DNA of 64,000 nucleotides from Chiloscyllium plagiosum (Eukaryota), in NCBI RefSeq assembly GCF_004010195.1, contig NC_057711.1, positions 77,329,471-77,393,470 of the forward strand, written 5' to 3'. This document shows, piece after piece, positions 11,995 through 25,000 of this stretch. The notes below the pieces were generated by a model. The model made no database searches, had not been told where the DNA came from, and saw only the letters and a program-made list of their open reading frames with translations. Numbering within the stretch: the first letter of the stretch is position 1; every line of letters starts with the position of its first letter. The translations under genes were made by a program, and so were the position numbers.

Positions 11995-12987
11995 TTCAGA
12001 TTGGAGGCCTGTGACCAGTGGTGTGCCACAAGGATTGGTGCTGGGTCCACTGCTTTTCGTCATTTATATAAATGATTTAGATGTGAACATAGGAGGAATA
12101 GTTAGTGAGTTTGAAGATGACACCAAAATTGGACAACGAAGAAGGTTACTTCAGAGTACAATGGGATCTTGATCAGAAGGGCCAATGGACTGAGGAGTGG
12201 CAGTTGGAGCTTAATTTAGATAAATGTGAGGTGCTACATTTTGGAAAAGCAAATCAGGACAGGACTTATACACTTAATGGTAATGTTCTGTGGAACGTTG
12301 CTGAACAAAGTGACCCTGGAGTGCAGGTTCATAGAGTCATAGGTAGATAGGATAGTGAAGAAGGTGTTTGGTATGTTTTCCTTTATTGGTCAGAGCATCA
12401 AGTGTAGGACTTGGGAGGTCATGTTGTGGCTGTACAGGACATTGGTTAGGCCACTTTTGGAATATTGTGTGCAATGTTGGTTTCCCTCCTATCAGAAAGA
12501 TGTTGTGAATTTTGAAAAGATTTATAAGGATGTTGCCAGGGTTGGAGGATTTGAGCTATAGGGAGAGGCTGAACAGACTGGGGCTGTTTTCTCTGGAGTG
12601 TCAGAAGCTGAAGGGTGATCTTATAGAGGTTTATAAAACCATGAGGGGCATGGATAGGGTAAATAGACAAGGTCAGTTCCCTGGGGTGGGGGAGTCCAGA
12701 ACTAGAGGGCATAGGTCTAGGGTGAGAAGGGCAAAATTTAAAAGGGACCTGAGGGGCAACTTTTTCATGCAGAGGGCACTGCGTGTATGGAATGAGCTGC
12801 CAGAGGAAGTGGTGGAGACTGGTACAGTTACAACATTTGAAAGGCATCTGCATGGATAAATGAGTAGGAAAGGTTTAGAAGGATATGAGCCAAGTGCTGG
12901 CAAATGAGAGTAGTTTGGGATGTCTGGTCGGCATGGATGAGTTGGACCGAAGGGTCTGTTTCCATGCTGTACATCTCTATGACTCTA
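11995..12987 (+). mobile_element. CR1/HER1-type LINE, 5'-truncated, about 1 kb
   Basis: [44 protein letters not shown]; tail ctctatgactctat. Confidence 0.93.
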
Positions 12988-14309
12988 TCCTGACTTGGAA
13001 ATATATCATCATTCCTTCCCTGTTGCTGGATGAAAATCCTGGAATTCTCTCCTCATAGCATTCTGGGACAATGCACAGCGGGGTGGACTGCAGTGGTTCA
13101 AGAAAGCAGCTTAATCCCACCTTCTCAAGGGCAACTAGGGATGGGCTATCAATGCTGGCCAGCCAGTGACACCCACATCGTACAAAAAATAAAAAACAAA
13201 ATTTTCATGTCATTAATACCTAACCTCACCTTGTTTATAAACAGCTTCCTATGTGCTGGAGAGAAATGAGTTGGTGAGAATTCCCGATATGGAAGTTAAA
13301 GCGGGTACCAGGAAGCTCCAGCTTGCTTCTTGCTCCTACAAGTCTCAGCTTTGGACAACACTCCCCATATCTCAGGATACGCTCCACAGGCAGCGACTAC
13401 CTACATCTGTCCCCTCCTCGCCTGTTGACGAATGTTGGCATAACACCTAAGTCAGCCTCATCAATTATTATGGCACATCTCTGACTCCCTTAGAATACAG
13501 TTCTCCATTTGCATGCTGCCCTTTGGAATGCACAGATATCTTGCATTATAATGCTGCTGCCAGGGCTGGGCACCAATCCCTTACATCAGGGCAGGGTGCA
13601 TCTTAAGGATTTTTGCTTGTTATTTTAGTGCTCAATGGCATTTTGCCTACTTGGATGCTGACAGCATTTCCATCTTGCCTTTCTTTTTGCACTTTCACCC
13701 CTCATTCAGACAGTGCTTCTGTCTTCCCCCACAATTTAGCACAGACACAAGGTCAAGTAGTTTGACAATGGTAATGAGCAGTGATCAGCTAAGGTGGCGG
13801 CAGATGGCACTATGCTACATCAAAGTTACAACTGCACCATGTGTCAGTAGCTTACATGGCAAACGCATTGAATGCAATTCAGTCAAATGGCCATGACTCA
13901 ATGTCTAAGGGGAGTCATTGTTGGTCAAGTCAGGAGGGACTGTTAGCAGTCAGGGGTTCCTGGCACAGCTGGTCAAGAGCAGCAAGTGGTCTCAAATTGG
14001 GGTCTTGAATATGGTCAGTTGGCCATTTGGGGCAATCAGGGTCAGGGTTTCACATCACAACAGTTTAGCAACTGGGTCACAACTGGTCCAGACCTCAGTC
14101 AGGGATCTGGTCACTCACCATCACTCTGACTATCCAAGTTAGTTGAGGGAATGGGATGGTCAGTCTAAGGGCTCTGCTCACTTAAATTCAACACAGGGAG
14201 CGTGACGATGGTTATCAGGTGCTATTGCAGATGCTAAAGCTGTGACAGGGAAGTTGGAATTTCAATTGTGGGGCCTGGAAACTAGGATGCAGTGGGGACA
14301 ATAATTTTT

Positions 14310-14580
14310 TTGAACTCATTCATGGGATAAGAGCGTTGCTGGCCAAGCCAGTATTTATTGCCCATCCCAGAGGGCAGTTAAGAGTCAGCCACATTGCTGT
14401 GGGTCTGGAGTCACATGTAGGCCAGACCAGGTAAGGATGGCAGTTTCTTTCCTTAATGGACATTAAGGAACCAGATGACAATGGATTCATAGTAATCCTT
14501 AGAGTCTTACTTCCAGATTTTATTGAGTTCAAATTATACCATCTGTCGTGGTAGGATTTGAACCCGGGTCCCCAGAATTG
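14310..14580 (-). mobile_element. SacSINE1/Deu-domain SINE
   Basis: Reverse of the Deu-like core ccttacctggtctggcctacatgtgactccagacccacagcaatgtgg; B box; tail matches the LINE 3' end at 13130-13185. Confidence 0.8.
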
Positions 14581-14869
14581 TACGTGGTGTAATTTAACGT
14601 ATAAATGTGGGAGACAATAGTGCATTGGTCACTGTTGGGAAACCAATCACCCTGGTTTCAGCTAGAGGAAGTGTAGCACTATAGCATGGCTAAACTACAG
14701 GGCCAGAGCTCAGTGGGTAATTTCATGTGATGTAGACTTAAATAAAAGAGTTGGGTGGGAACACGTGGAAACTTGATCAGTAACGGCAGCCAAAAATGAC
14801 AGGCAGTGCAGGGGGTAGGGTAGGCACCTTGATCACCATATTGAAGAAGAAGATAAGCCAAATAGGCCA

Positions 14870-14995
14870 TTAGTGCAATAAGTCAGGAAAGTCAGGAGGC
14901 ATGGGATAGATGGAAATTTGGCCAATTGGATAGAAAACTGGCTAACCGGTCGAAGGCAGAGAGTGGTGGTAGATGGTAAATATTCAGCCTGGAGC
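14870..14995 (+). mobile_element. CR1-type RT fragment
   Basis: HGIDGNLANWIENWLTGRRQRVVVDG. Confidence 0.8.
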
Positions 14996-15320
14996 GGAGA
15001 GGTCCAGGAAAGGGAGGCAGGTGTCAGAGATGGTCCAGGTGAATTTGAGGTCGGGGTGGAATGTATTGGTGAAGTTGATGAATTGCTCAACCTCCTCGCG
15101 GGAGCACGAGGTGGCACCGATGCAGTCATCAACGTAGCGGAGGAAGAGGTGGGAGTGGTGCCGGTGTAACTATGGAAGATGGACTGTCTATGTAGCCAAA
15201 GGTCTTTTGCCTGAAACGTTGATTTTCCTGTTCCTCCGATGCTGCCTTTCCTGCTGTGCTTTTCCAGCACCACTCTAATCTAGACTCCGATTTCCAGCAT
15301 CTGCAGTCCTCACTTTAGCA
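14996..15320. mobile_element. PLE RT fragment (- strand, ~14996-15198) fused to a + strand pseudo-LTR tail (~15200-15320)
   Basis: The - part is homologous to 8217-8418; the tail matches 3016-3130. Confidence 0.88.
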
Positions 15321-15469
15321 TATGAATAAGTTAGTTGAATGAGTGGACAGATTGTAGGTGAAACTTAAGATGGAGAAATATGAAGTGATATGTTTCGGTT
15401 GTATTTGCTGAGTAAAGCTGTCATATTCCTAAATTTCATGATCGAGACATTAGTTCATTTAGACATTTT

Positions 15470-15825
15470 TTTCATTCATTTATGCAGTGGGAGTATCACT
15501 GGCTAGGCCAGCATTTATTGACCATTGCTAATTGCTCTTGGGAATTTTTGCAGTGGATTTGGTGTTAAGTATCCCAACACACAGCTGTGAGGAATGGAGT
15601 TCAGGATTTTGACCCAACAAAAGAACAGCAATATGTTTCTAAATCAGGATAACGAGTGGCTTAGAAGGGAACATGCAGATGGTGGTGTTCCCATGTATCA
15701 GCTGCCTCTGTCCTTCCAGATGAAGATGATTGTGGGTTTGGAAGGTGCTGTCTAAGGAACTTTGATGAATGTCTGCAGTGCACCTTGCAGGTGGTTCACA
15801 TTGCTGCTACTGACAGTCAGTGGTC
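15470..15825 (-). mobile_element. CR1/L2-clade LINE 3' end (same family as 9913-13200)
   Basis: Reverse complement of the 11590-11740 and 12990-13190 type sequence. Confidence 0.7.
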
Positions 15826-16043
15826 AAGATTTCTTGAAAGTAACTTTAAAAGTGGATAATGAATTGCAAAAACTAGCTGTTGAGACTCAGATGTTTTGTG
15901 ATTTCGGCACAAAACTTAATTTAAGTCTCTAGAATGTTATCAAATGCAAAGATTCTGGGTGTGATCTCTTCCCTTGAAAAGATACACTTGAGACAAAATT
16001 AGTTGTGAATTTTCACTTCCTATTGTCCATACATTTACTGAAT

Positions 16044-16918
16044 AAGTATGTAAGTTAGCTCGCTGAGCTTAAAGGTTTGTTTTCAGATGTTTCGTCACCA
16101 TACTAGGTGACATCATCAATGAGAGTCGCTGGTGGTATGCCCCGCCTCTCTACTTACAAGTCTTGGTTTCTTAACGTGGATGATGCCGGTTCTTTTTTTC
16201 AAGGGAAGGTAGATAAGGTCTAAATCGATGCGTTTATTAATGGAGCTATGGTTAGAATGGCATGCCTCTAAGAATTCTCACCTGTGTCTTTGTTTCACCT
16301 GTCCTATGATGTGTGTGGTGTCCCAGTCAAAGTGGTATCCTTTTTTGTCTGTATGTATAGAAACTAGTGTTAGTGGGTTGTGTCTTTTGGTGACCAGATG
16401 GTGTTCATGCATCCTGGTGGCAAGTTTCCTGCTTGTTTGTCTGATGCAAGTGTTTTTTTTTACAGTTCTTTCATGGTATCATGTAAATGACATTAGTTTT
16501 TGCTGGTGATATCTATTGGATCCTTTAGGTTCATTAGTCACTGTTTAAGTGTGTTGGTAGGTTTGAAGGTTACCATGATACGAAGAAGTCTGAGTAGTTG
16601 GAAGTAATGTCTTATATGTCTTTGATGTGAGGTACTGTGGCTATAGTTTTTTGTTGCATTGTGTCTGCTTGTTTGGATCTGTTTCTGAGGAATCAGCAGA
16701 TTGTGCTTATTGGGTTCCCATTTTTCTTGAAAATATTGTAGAGATATTTTTCTTCTGCTTTTTGTAGTTTTTGGGTGCTGCAGTGTGATGTAGCTCTCAC
16801 TGATGACGTTATCTAGTAAGGTAACGAAATGCCTGAAAACAAACCTTCAAACTCAGCGAGCTAACTAAAATACTTATCATCAATCTGAGCTAGAAATCTG
16901 CTCAAAAATCACTAATAC
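16044..16918 (-). mobile_element. Second PLE family (Poseidon-like C-terminus) bracketed by inverted pseudo-LTRs
   Basis: - strand RKLATRMHEH..HTDKKGYHFDWD..EFLEACHS..SINKRIDLD. Segment ~16044-16127 is inverted relative to ~16794-16877. ttactgaat flanks both ends (16035-43, 16919-27). Confidence 0.85.
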
Positions 16919-17582
16919 TTACTGAATCTTTAGTTCAGTGGTTTCCCCTACACTCTGTGTTTGTGAGTTCAAGCCTGAGACAGAGAGATGAGGAGAAACC
17001 AGTTTATACTAAGAAGTTGTTAACAACCACTAAACATCCTCATACCATGTAGCAATGGCACCTTGCTTCACATCAGTTGTATGGACTGTACAAATGTTAA
17101 CCATGTGGACACCTGATCAGAACTGACTTCAGATAACAAATTTCACTGTTCCGAAAGCCAGACAGAAACAAGACAGTTTGGAAACCAACTGATCAACCAA
17201 CACCATTCTCTAGCAAGAAAAATACATCTTTCCTGAACAATCAGTTAAACCAGCTCGTGAGAAGGAGGGATTAATTTGTCGTCATCTACTAAAGTTTGTC
17301 TCGACATCTGGAAACCAAAGGCTTCTAAATTCCATTCAACTAAATGATTATGAGATAGGACCCATCTAAGCCTGTGAAGACTGCATAGAATCATAGAATC
17401 GTTACAATATAAAGAAGGCCACTCAATCTATCATGGCCATGGTGGTCTTTCTTAGATGCAATATACATGCTGACACTCCCCTGCCCTCTCCCCACATCCT
17501 CACTCAATTCCTCCTCTTTAGATGTTTAGAATATTTAGAAAATGTTTTTTAAAGAGGCAGAGGAGGAGATTACTCTGCCCAC

Positions 17583-19017
17583 TGTAGTCATTGTATTGAG
17601 GTCAGCCAGCGGGGCCTCATGGAATATGAGTTCCCTGATTGGACTGTTAATCTGGTCCAATCAGGGAGACTGGATTGACATAAAAGAATGAATGTCAGAG
17701 ATATTGAGTCCTGAATGTCTGACTGAGTGACAGGCAGTGCTATTGTCAAAAGCTGTGCATTTGTAAATAAAGGGTCACTGGTGATGGGGTTCTGGCCTTT
17801 GAAGTATTATTTCAGTGGCAATCATAGTAAAGCATGATCCTGAAGAAACTCACTCACAACAGTTATTTTGAAGGTGGGTAAGCATTTTCTTACATCATGC
17901 TTCTATTTGGGAAGTTTGACTCATTCAATCCTGCCATCGAGAACTGGGCCCACTATGTGGAAAGAATGCATTCTTTCTTATAGGCAAATTACATTGTGGC
18001 AAATGAAAAACAAGTAATTCTCCTATGGAACTGTAGGTTTTTCTGTCATGAGGAGCTTAACTTTTCCTGAGGCACTAGATACTAAAAACTTTCAAGAATT
18101 GATTGACATGGTTAAGAAATATTATGACCCCAATTATTCAGCAATTTGAGATCCAGGAAAATCCATATTGGGGCATTTGACTCAGTTAAGATGTCTGGCA
18201 GAACCCTGTGAATTTGGTTTAACCCTTAATGAGATGCTTCAAGAGGATAAGGCAGTGCCACCCATACCTTCAGGTCACATTCAGCAGTGTGTTCAAATAT
18301 TGCATGCTTATAATGAGAAATTAGAACACTATCCAGGAGACCGAATGGTGAATGCAGATGTACTGAGCCACCTTCCATTAGCAGATATACCACCGATGGT
18401 GGCTCCAATGGAAGAGTCTGTCATGAGATTGAATTTTCTGGACATGCTACCTGTCAGAGCTAACAACATCAGATGAAGGACACAAAGATCCAGTTCTTTT
18501 CCAAACTGAAACGACTGAGGAAACCAAGAGGCCACTGCAGTTAGAATTAAAACCTTTTTGGACCCAGAGAGACCAACAAATGTCATGGGAAGTAAAAGTG
18601 ATTGTCGTGAGCAAAGGTCACAATCAAATCCTGGCTGAACTCCACCAGGGAATACAGAGTTTCCAAAAAAAAATGTTGGTGAGGAGTTATATTTGGTGGC
18701 TAGTCTTGGGCACAGACATAGCCGTACTGGTGGGACAGAGCCCAGAGTGTCCACAAGGACAAAAATTGCCACCAGCAGCTTCCCCACATCGTTGGAATGA
18801 CTGGGTAAACCTTGAACTTAGTTGAATTTGAGTTCTCTGATTGGGGCTGTTAATCTAATCCAATCAAGGAGACCTGGCTGACATAAATGGTAAATGTGAG
18901 GGATATTGGGAGCTTGAATACCTGACTCAGTGAGTGGCACTGCTATTGTTAAAGGCTATGTATTTGTAAATAAAGGGTGATTAGTGATAAGAGGTCAGCC
19001 TCTGAAGAGTAACTTCT
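17583..19017 (+). mobile_element. Internally deleted Gypsy copy, same family as 1997-6130
   Basis: 5' LTR 17583-17814 (tg..ttca) then gtggcaat PBS; gag start; RNase H end and integrase zinc-finger region (ELHQG..VRSYIWW); partial 3' LTR ~18828-19017. Confidence 0.88.
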
Positions 19018-19059
19018 CACATGTCTATAACAACCAAAAAAAACCCACCCAGCCTAATT

Positions 19060-19560
19060 CAAATTGTCAGCTCCTGATCCATACCCCTGGAGGTTATGGG
19101 ATTTCAAGTGTATAATTAGTAACCTTTTAAATGAGTTGAAGATGGATTTTCCCTTATTTCTCATTCAATCCTTATACTAATCAATTTAAATCTACACCCA
19201 TACAACTGCTGCTAAGAAAAATAAGTTCTTTCCACCCACTGTTTCCAGGCCCCTCACAATCTTGTTGCATGTCAATCAAATCTCCCCTCAGCCCCCTCTA
19301 TTGTAAGGAATCTAATTCCAAACTATCGAATCTGACCTTATAGCTGAAACTTTCCAGGCCTGGCAAAATCCTTGGAAATCTCCTCTTAACTCTCTCTACA
19401 GCTATTACCTCCTTTTATATTGAGGCAACCAGACTTGCACACAGTTCTCAAGTTGTGACTTAAGTTGTGTTTTATTCTAACTACCCTCTTACATTCTATA
19501 CCTTCTCTAATAAAGGTAAGTATTCCATGCAACTTCTGTAATTTTTTTTGATTTTTCTGT
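19060..19560 (-). mobile_element. Old CR1-type LINE 3' fragment (continues ~20472-20660)
   Basis: Degenerate reverse CR1 RT C-terminal sequence. Confidence 0.6.
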
Positions 19561-19569
19561 GTTTTTGAC

Positions 19570-20471
19570 TGTGAACTGAAATAGGATAAGGTCTGTTTTA
19601 AAAACCAAGGAATATGGTAAAGAATACTGCAGTTTTTAAGAAGTTTAATAATACACATTGGCCGTTAACACTGCAGTTTGTTCATGCAGTAGGGGGAGGT
19701 TTAGTTGCAGGTGAACTGAAACCAGAGGTGGGTGCAAAATTAGTCTTGATTGGCAACAATTAGCTGTTTGGTGTGTGGAATGGTGACCAGTTGTTTGTGA
19801 CAAAGCCTTCTACCTGCTAGCACCTTTGTCTCTCAGGTAGCTGAATATCTTATGGGTATGAATGTTTAGTCAGAAAATGTCCTTTTCTCCCCATTAATAA
19901 AAAACACCTCAAGCCGGAAGAAAACGAATTATTTCCCATCAGCAGTTACTGTAAGTTGTGGCTTTTAATCAACAAGTCAGAGGAGTTACCAGCATGAATC
20001 AGTCGCTCTATGTCACCTGCAAGTAAATGAAAGTACCTGGAGAAGAAAGATCAATGAGCAGCAGATCCTGACAAATCAAAAAGGTCATCTAAGTGAACTC
20101 TGTGGAAAATTGATGATTTAACTGTCTTGCCAATCTTTCCCTGTGTCCATGATGCTAATGGCTTTTCTGGGTCTGCTTGTGTTTGTATATGTACATCGAA
20201 AGAGATTTATAAGGGGGTTAGAATTTTCACTAGTAGACATTTCTGTCAATTGTTCATAATTATTTACCTGTAGCTAGAATCTAATTATTTACGACACGTA
20301 GTAATCCTTGTTAAATATGTAAACCTGGTCTGTGCTTTTTGTCAACAAGGTCTAAATGACAGGTAAGTTAAGGAACTTTGCAAACTTTTATGAAAAAAAC
20401 TTTAACTGTTGTGATGACTTTGGGAATAGAGAGACTTGATTTTAACCACTATCTGAACTCATCCTTCAACA
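19570..20471. mobile_element. Possible solo LTR inside the old CR1
   Basis: Begins tgt, ends aca, about 900 bp, and interrupts CR1 homology. No clear TSD. Confidence 0.35.
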
Positions 20472-21569
20472 TACAAGGACAAGGAAGCAAGCATCCCAAT
20501 ATCCCCCATTACCTTCCATGTTTAGTATCCTCCCATTTATTGTCAAATTCATGACCTCACATTTCTCTATGTTAAATTCTATTTGCCCCAATTCTCCCTA
20601 CATGACCAGTAAATTGATATATTTCTGCAAACTACAGATTTCCTTTAACTGTCAACCCAGCATGTAGTGTGTACAAGATATACTGCTGTAACTTACTAAG
20701 GGTCCTTCATCAGTACTTTCTGAACCTGTGTCCTCTAACACTCAGAAGGACAGGTCAGCAGATGTTTGCGAATACCACTAACTGCAAGTTTTCCTCCAAG
20801 CCACACAAGATTTTTGGAACCAGTGTTCCCCCTCATTTTTCTGGAACTTGGAATAGTCTAAGCAGCACATTGCATCCATTCAGCAAAAGTCGCATTACAA
20901 TTTTTTTGAAGTTTGTTAAGGTAACTATTAAAAATTGCATTTATATTATTTTATAGTTAAAGGCATTCTACCTGCTAAAATAAATAAAATTGTTTGTTCA
21001 GCTCAGACAACAGGGGAGTTGCTTAGCGAAGTTACTACATGCATTACATATACAATATGATCAAAAGAGGACACAGGAATTTATTCATTCCTTTGGCAAC
21101 ATTTTGAGCCTATCCTTATTTGCTGCCCACTGATTGTACACTGATCTCAGTTGATACTTTATCCAGAAGAAATGTAAGACTTAACTTGTATCATGTTGTC
21201 TAAGTGTTTTACTTATAATCTATTTCTGGTTTTCCACCTAATCAAGTTCATGAGTCTAAATCCATTCTCACAGTTAGCATTTGATGCCTGAAGTGTTGCA
21301 CAAATGTCCAGCAGAATGGACATTTCCTGAAACTGGTCAACATTTAGAGTGTAGTCCACCAAATCACTGAATATCTGAATAACCATCTTGACTTTTTCCA
21401 GAACGATCAATTTGAAATCAGAGTATTTCTCATATATCTTTGTAGTCATACTTTCATCACAATTTGGTATAAAAGTGGAATATTTTCATGTGGAATCACA
21501 AAATTGATTGTAGTACCATTAATACTATCTTTTCCAAATTCATGATCAGTTCTATTGGTGACTGCAGCC

Positions 21570-22050
21570 TATCATGAGGTGTATTTTGTCCTTTTTTTTT
21601 ATTAAAAGAGATTGAGACACAGATGTAGTGTGGTCAGCTTCAAGCCAATAAAGTAAACAGCTTGTGAGGCCTCTGGTTCTTTTTTAAATTGGAACAAAAG
21701 AAACAGCCTGAATGGGTGAAGTCAATCTCCCACAGAACCAGATTTTTTTAGTTTCCCTTTCAGTAGCTGTTGGGGTTGTGAAAACTACTACAATATTTCT
21801 CTCTGTTTGCTACAGATAAAAGCTTGAGTTCTCATCCTGCTGCTAGAATTACAGATGTGGCAATCTATTTTACTGACTTTGCCTTTGCCAAAGGCGTGTT
21901 TATGGGATCTTACTATGTTGGAACAGTTTATGAGTGCTTTATTATTTTGTAATGTATTCTGATAGAGTTACAGTCAAGCCAATTCTTTTCTTTTCTTTGT
22001 ATTTTGTCTATAGTGCATGTATTTTGCTTCAAGCCAGGCAGTTGGACCAA
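21570..22050 (+). mobile_element. LTR fragment related to the Gmr1-type LTRs, in the opposite orientation
   Basis: Shares motifs (tttgccaaagg.gtgtttatgggat) with 47730-48365 and with the reverse of 22050-22561. Confidence 0.6.
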
Positions 22051-25000
22051 TTTATTTACAAGATTACCAAATGAAACACAAACAAAAGAAAACAGAATAC
22101 AGAATAACTTAACCTATCCAAAAACCCAACGATTATACCAACTTAATGATGCAGTTCCCAATACTTGCCACAATCCCCACAAACACCCCTTGGCACAAAA
22201 GATAAAAGCAAACCCAGGGTCTTACAGGAGAGAAGTCAAAGAGAGATAGCAGCATGGAACACACTCTGCCATGTAGCTATTTCTTGGATCAACAGCTTCA
22301 AAACAGCTTGACTACTTTCAGTGATTAGCCAGACCAAACCAGAGAAAAGCTGTGTTGAGAGAACTGGCCACTCCCCTTTCATTGTCCAGGTGTTTTTTTT
22401 AAACCTAAAAGCATTTTACCTGAGGCAGTTTCTGTTTGCTATAATCAAGTTGGCCCTAAACCCTTCAAACTTAGACTTTCAGAGACTGTGTCTTTTATGA
22501 CCTCAATGAAAAAGGAAACCAAGGACAACATAATCTTGTTAAAAAGAGCAATATCATCACATCTAGCCCCTTAGAACAAAACCATCAATATCCAAAGACG
22601 ACTTCAGCTTAAAACTCCTTCATCTTAAATTGTTAATACACAACAACACCCACAAACATTACATTGACAATAATCATGCAAACATGCACTATTATATTTT
22701 GCTTCAGTCTGTTTCACTCATGCCACCAAAATCCTCCATTTCTCATTCAAGTCTCAACATTATGTAATTTTCTCATCCTGCCACAAGGATAATTTCCAAA
22801 TTGAATGGCTGTAACAACAGCCTGGCATGTTTGTCCTTAAATTTCTTCACAAACTTCAACGGCTTATGATCAGTGTATGATTATTTCGGATACATTACTG
22901 GTAACATAAACATTGAAATGTTCTAACACCAACACCAAGCTCAAAATCTCCTTTTCAACTGGCAAATATTTCTGCTGATGAATGTTCAATTTCTTGGAAA
23001 AATACCTGATAGGCCTTTCTAGCTGCTCATCGTCTTCTTACATGAGCACAGCACTGACACCCATATCACTCGCATCGATAGCCACCTTGCATACTTAGGT
23101 GTGGCTAACATTTGGGCAGTGGTTAACACAGCTTTCAGGCTGTCAAATACCTTCTGACAGTCCGCTGTCCACTGAAACCTCTTTCCTTTCTTTAGCAATT
23201 CATTGAGTGGAGCAGCCACACTGCTAAAATTTGGTATGAATTTTCAATAAAATTCACTCAATCCCAGGAATTGTAGTAGTGTTCTTTTTGTCGATGGTAT
23301 GGAAACTTCCCAGTTACCTTGGTTTTTGAATTCTGTGGGGCCATTTGTCCATGTCCAATAACATGGCCCAGGAAGGTGACTTGGACTTTGGCAAATTCAC
23401 TTCTGGCCAGGTTTATCACCAAGCCTGCCTTCCAAAGTCAATCGAACAATTCTGGTAAATGTTGCAAATGTTCCTTCACACGTAACTAAAAATCACCATG
23501 TCATCAATATATATGGCACAATTGGGTAATCAGAAATTTATTGGTTAGTTTCTGAAATGTGGCTTGCACGGTTTTTCATGTCAAATAGCATGACTTTAAA
23601 CTGGCACAGTCTATCCGGCGTTAAGAAAGCCAAAACTGCCTTCACTCTCTCTGACAAAGGTACCTGCAAGGATCCTCTGAGCAAGTCGAACACAGAAACT
23701 TGTCCCACCTTTTTAACACAGTGTTCCAAACACAGAATTTGATATGCATCAGTCTTTGTAAGTGCATTGACTTTGCAATAGTATACACAGAACCATTGGC
23801 TACCATCTGGTTTTGGAACCATTACTATGGGTGAGCTCCAGTCACTGTAACTCATTTCAATTATGTCATCTTGGAGCATGCATTCAATCTTCTTTTGAAC
23901 CTGTGCCAACTTTAGAGGGTTATAACAATAAGGATATTGCCTAATTGGAACAGCACCTCCTATATCTACATCATGCATTATTAGGTTAGTACTTCCCAGC
24001 TTATTTCCACATTCTCCCCTTGTGATAGTAATAACTCTTTCATGTCATTTTGATTTTTCTCTGGAAGGTAATTCAATAATTTATCCCTATTTTTGACAAC
24101 TTCCTCATTCTCCAATTTAGGTTGAGGAATGGCCAATTCAGAATCGTCTGAACTTGGTTCTTCCCTCAGTGTTGCAACCAATTACAGCCTCCTTTGGCTT
24201 TCCTTCCCTGTCAAAATACCTTTTGAGCACATTCACATGACACATTCTGTGAGATTTCTTTCCATCTGGATTCCTTATCAAATAATTCACCTCACTCAAT
24301 TTCCTTTTGACTTGACAAGGTTACACTAACACTTCCTTTTAAAGGTTCACGTATCACTAAAAGTAACACCAACACCTTATCTCTGATAACAAAATTGCAA
24401 GTTTTTGATTTCTTGCCTGCCTCCTGTTTTATTGAATGTTGTAATACTTTTAAATCCTATCTAGCCAACTCCCCTGCTCTATTTAATCATTCCTGAAAAT
24501 TTGACACATAGTCCAAATACGTGGTATCTGAATTCTGACATACCAAATTCTCCTTAATCAATTTTAGCAGTCCTCTCACTTCATGCCCAAAAACGAATTC
24601 AAATAGATTGAATTTGGTCAATTCCTTTGGTGCATCTCTGATCGCAAAAATTACAAATGGAATTCCCTTAAACCAATCATCTTGATAGTTTTGAATATAA
24701 GCGTTCAACATGGTCTTTAATATCTGATATCACCTTTCTAGCACTCTAGGCTCTGGATGGTACGCAGTAGATTTGAATTGTTTTATTCCTAAGCTGTCCA
24801 TAACTTCCTTGAATAATTTCAATGTGAAGTTTGACCCTTGATCAAATTGTATTTCTGTAGTCCATATCTAGCGAAAAATTTGACTAACTCCTCTACAATC
24901 CTTTTAGCTGTGAAATTGCGTGACAAAATGGCTTCTGGAAATCTAGTGGATACATCTATTATTGTTAACAAATACTGATTCCCACTTTTTATTTTAAGTA

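Larger units (their letters stand above)
9913..13200 (+). mobile_element. Decayed CR1/L2-clade LINE (endonuclease end, RT, 3' UTR), interrupted by three younger insertions
   Basis: ISLLLIVSKVIE..DQLGF..VTALDINAAFNRVWH. The 3' part resumes at ~12988 and ends gggcaactagggatggg..atgctggcc..cccacatc. Confidence 0.82.
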
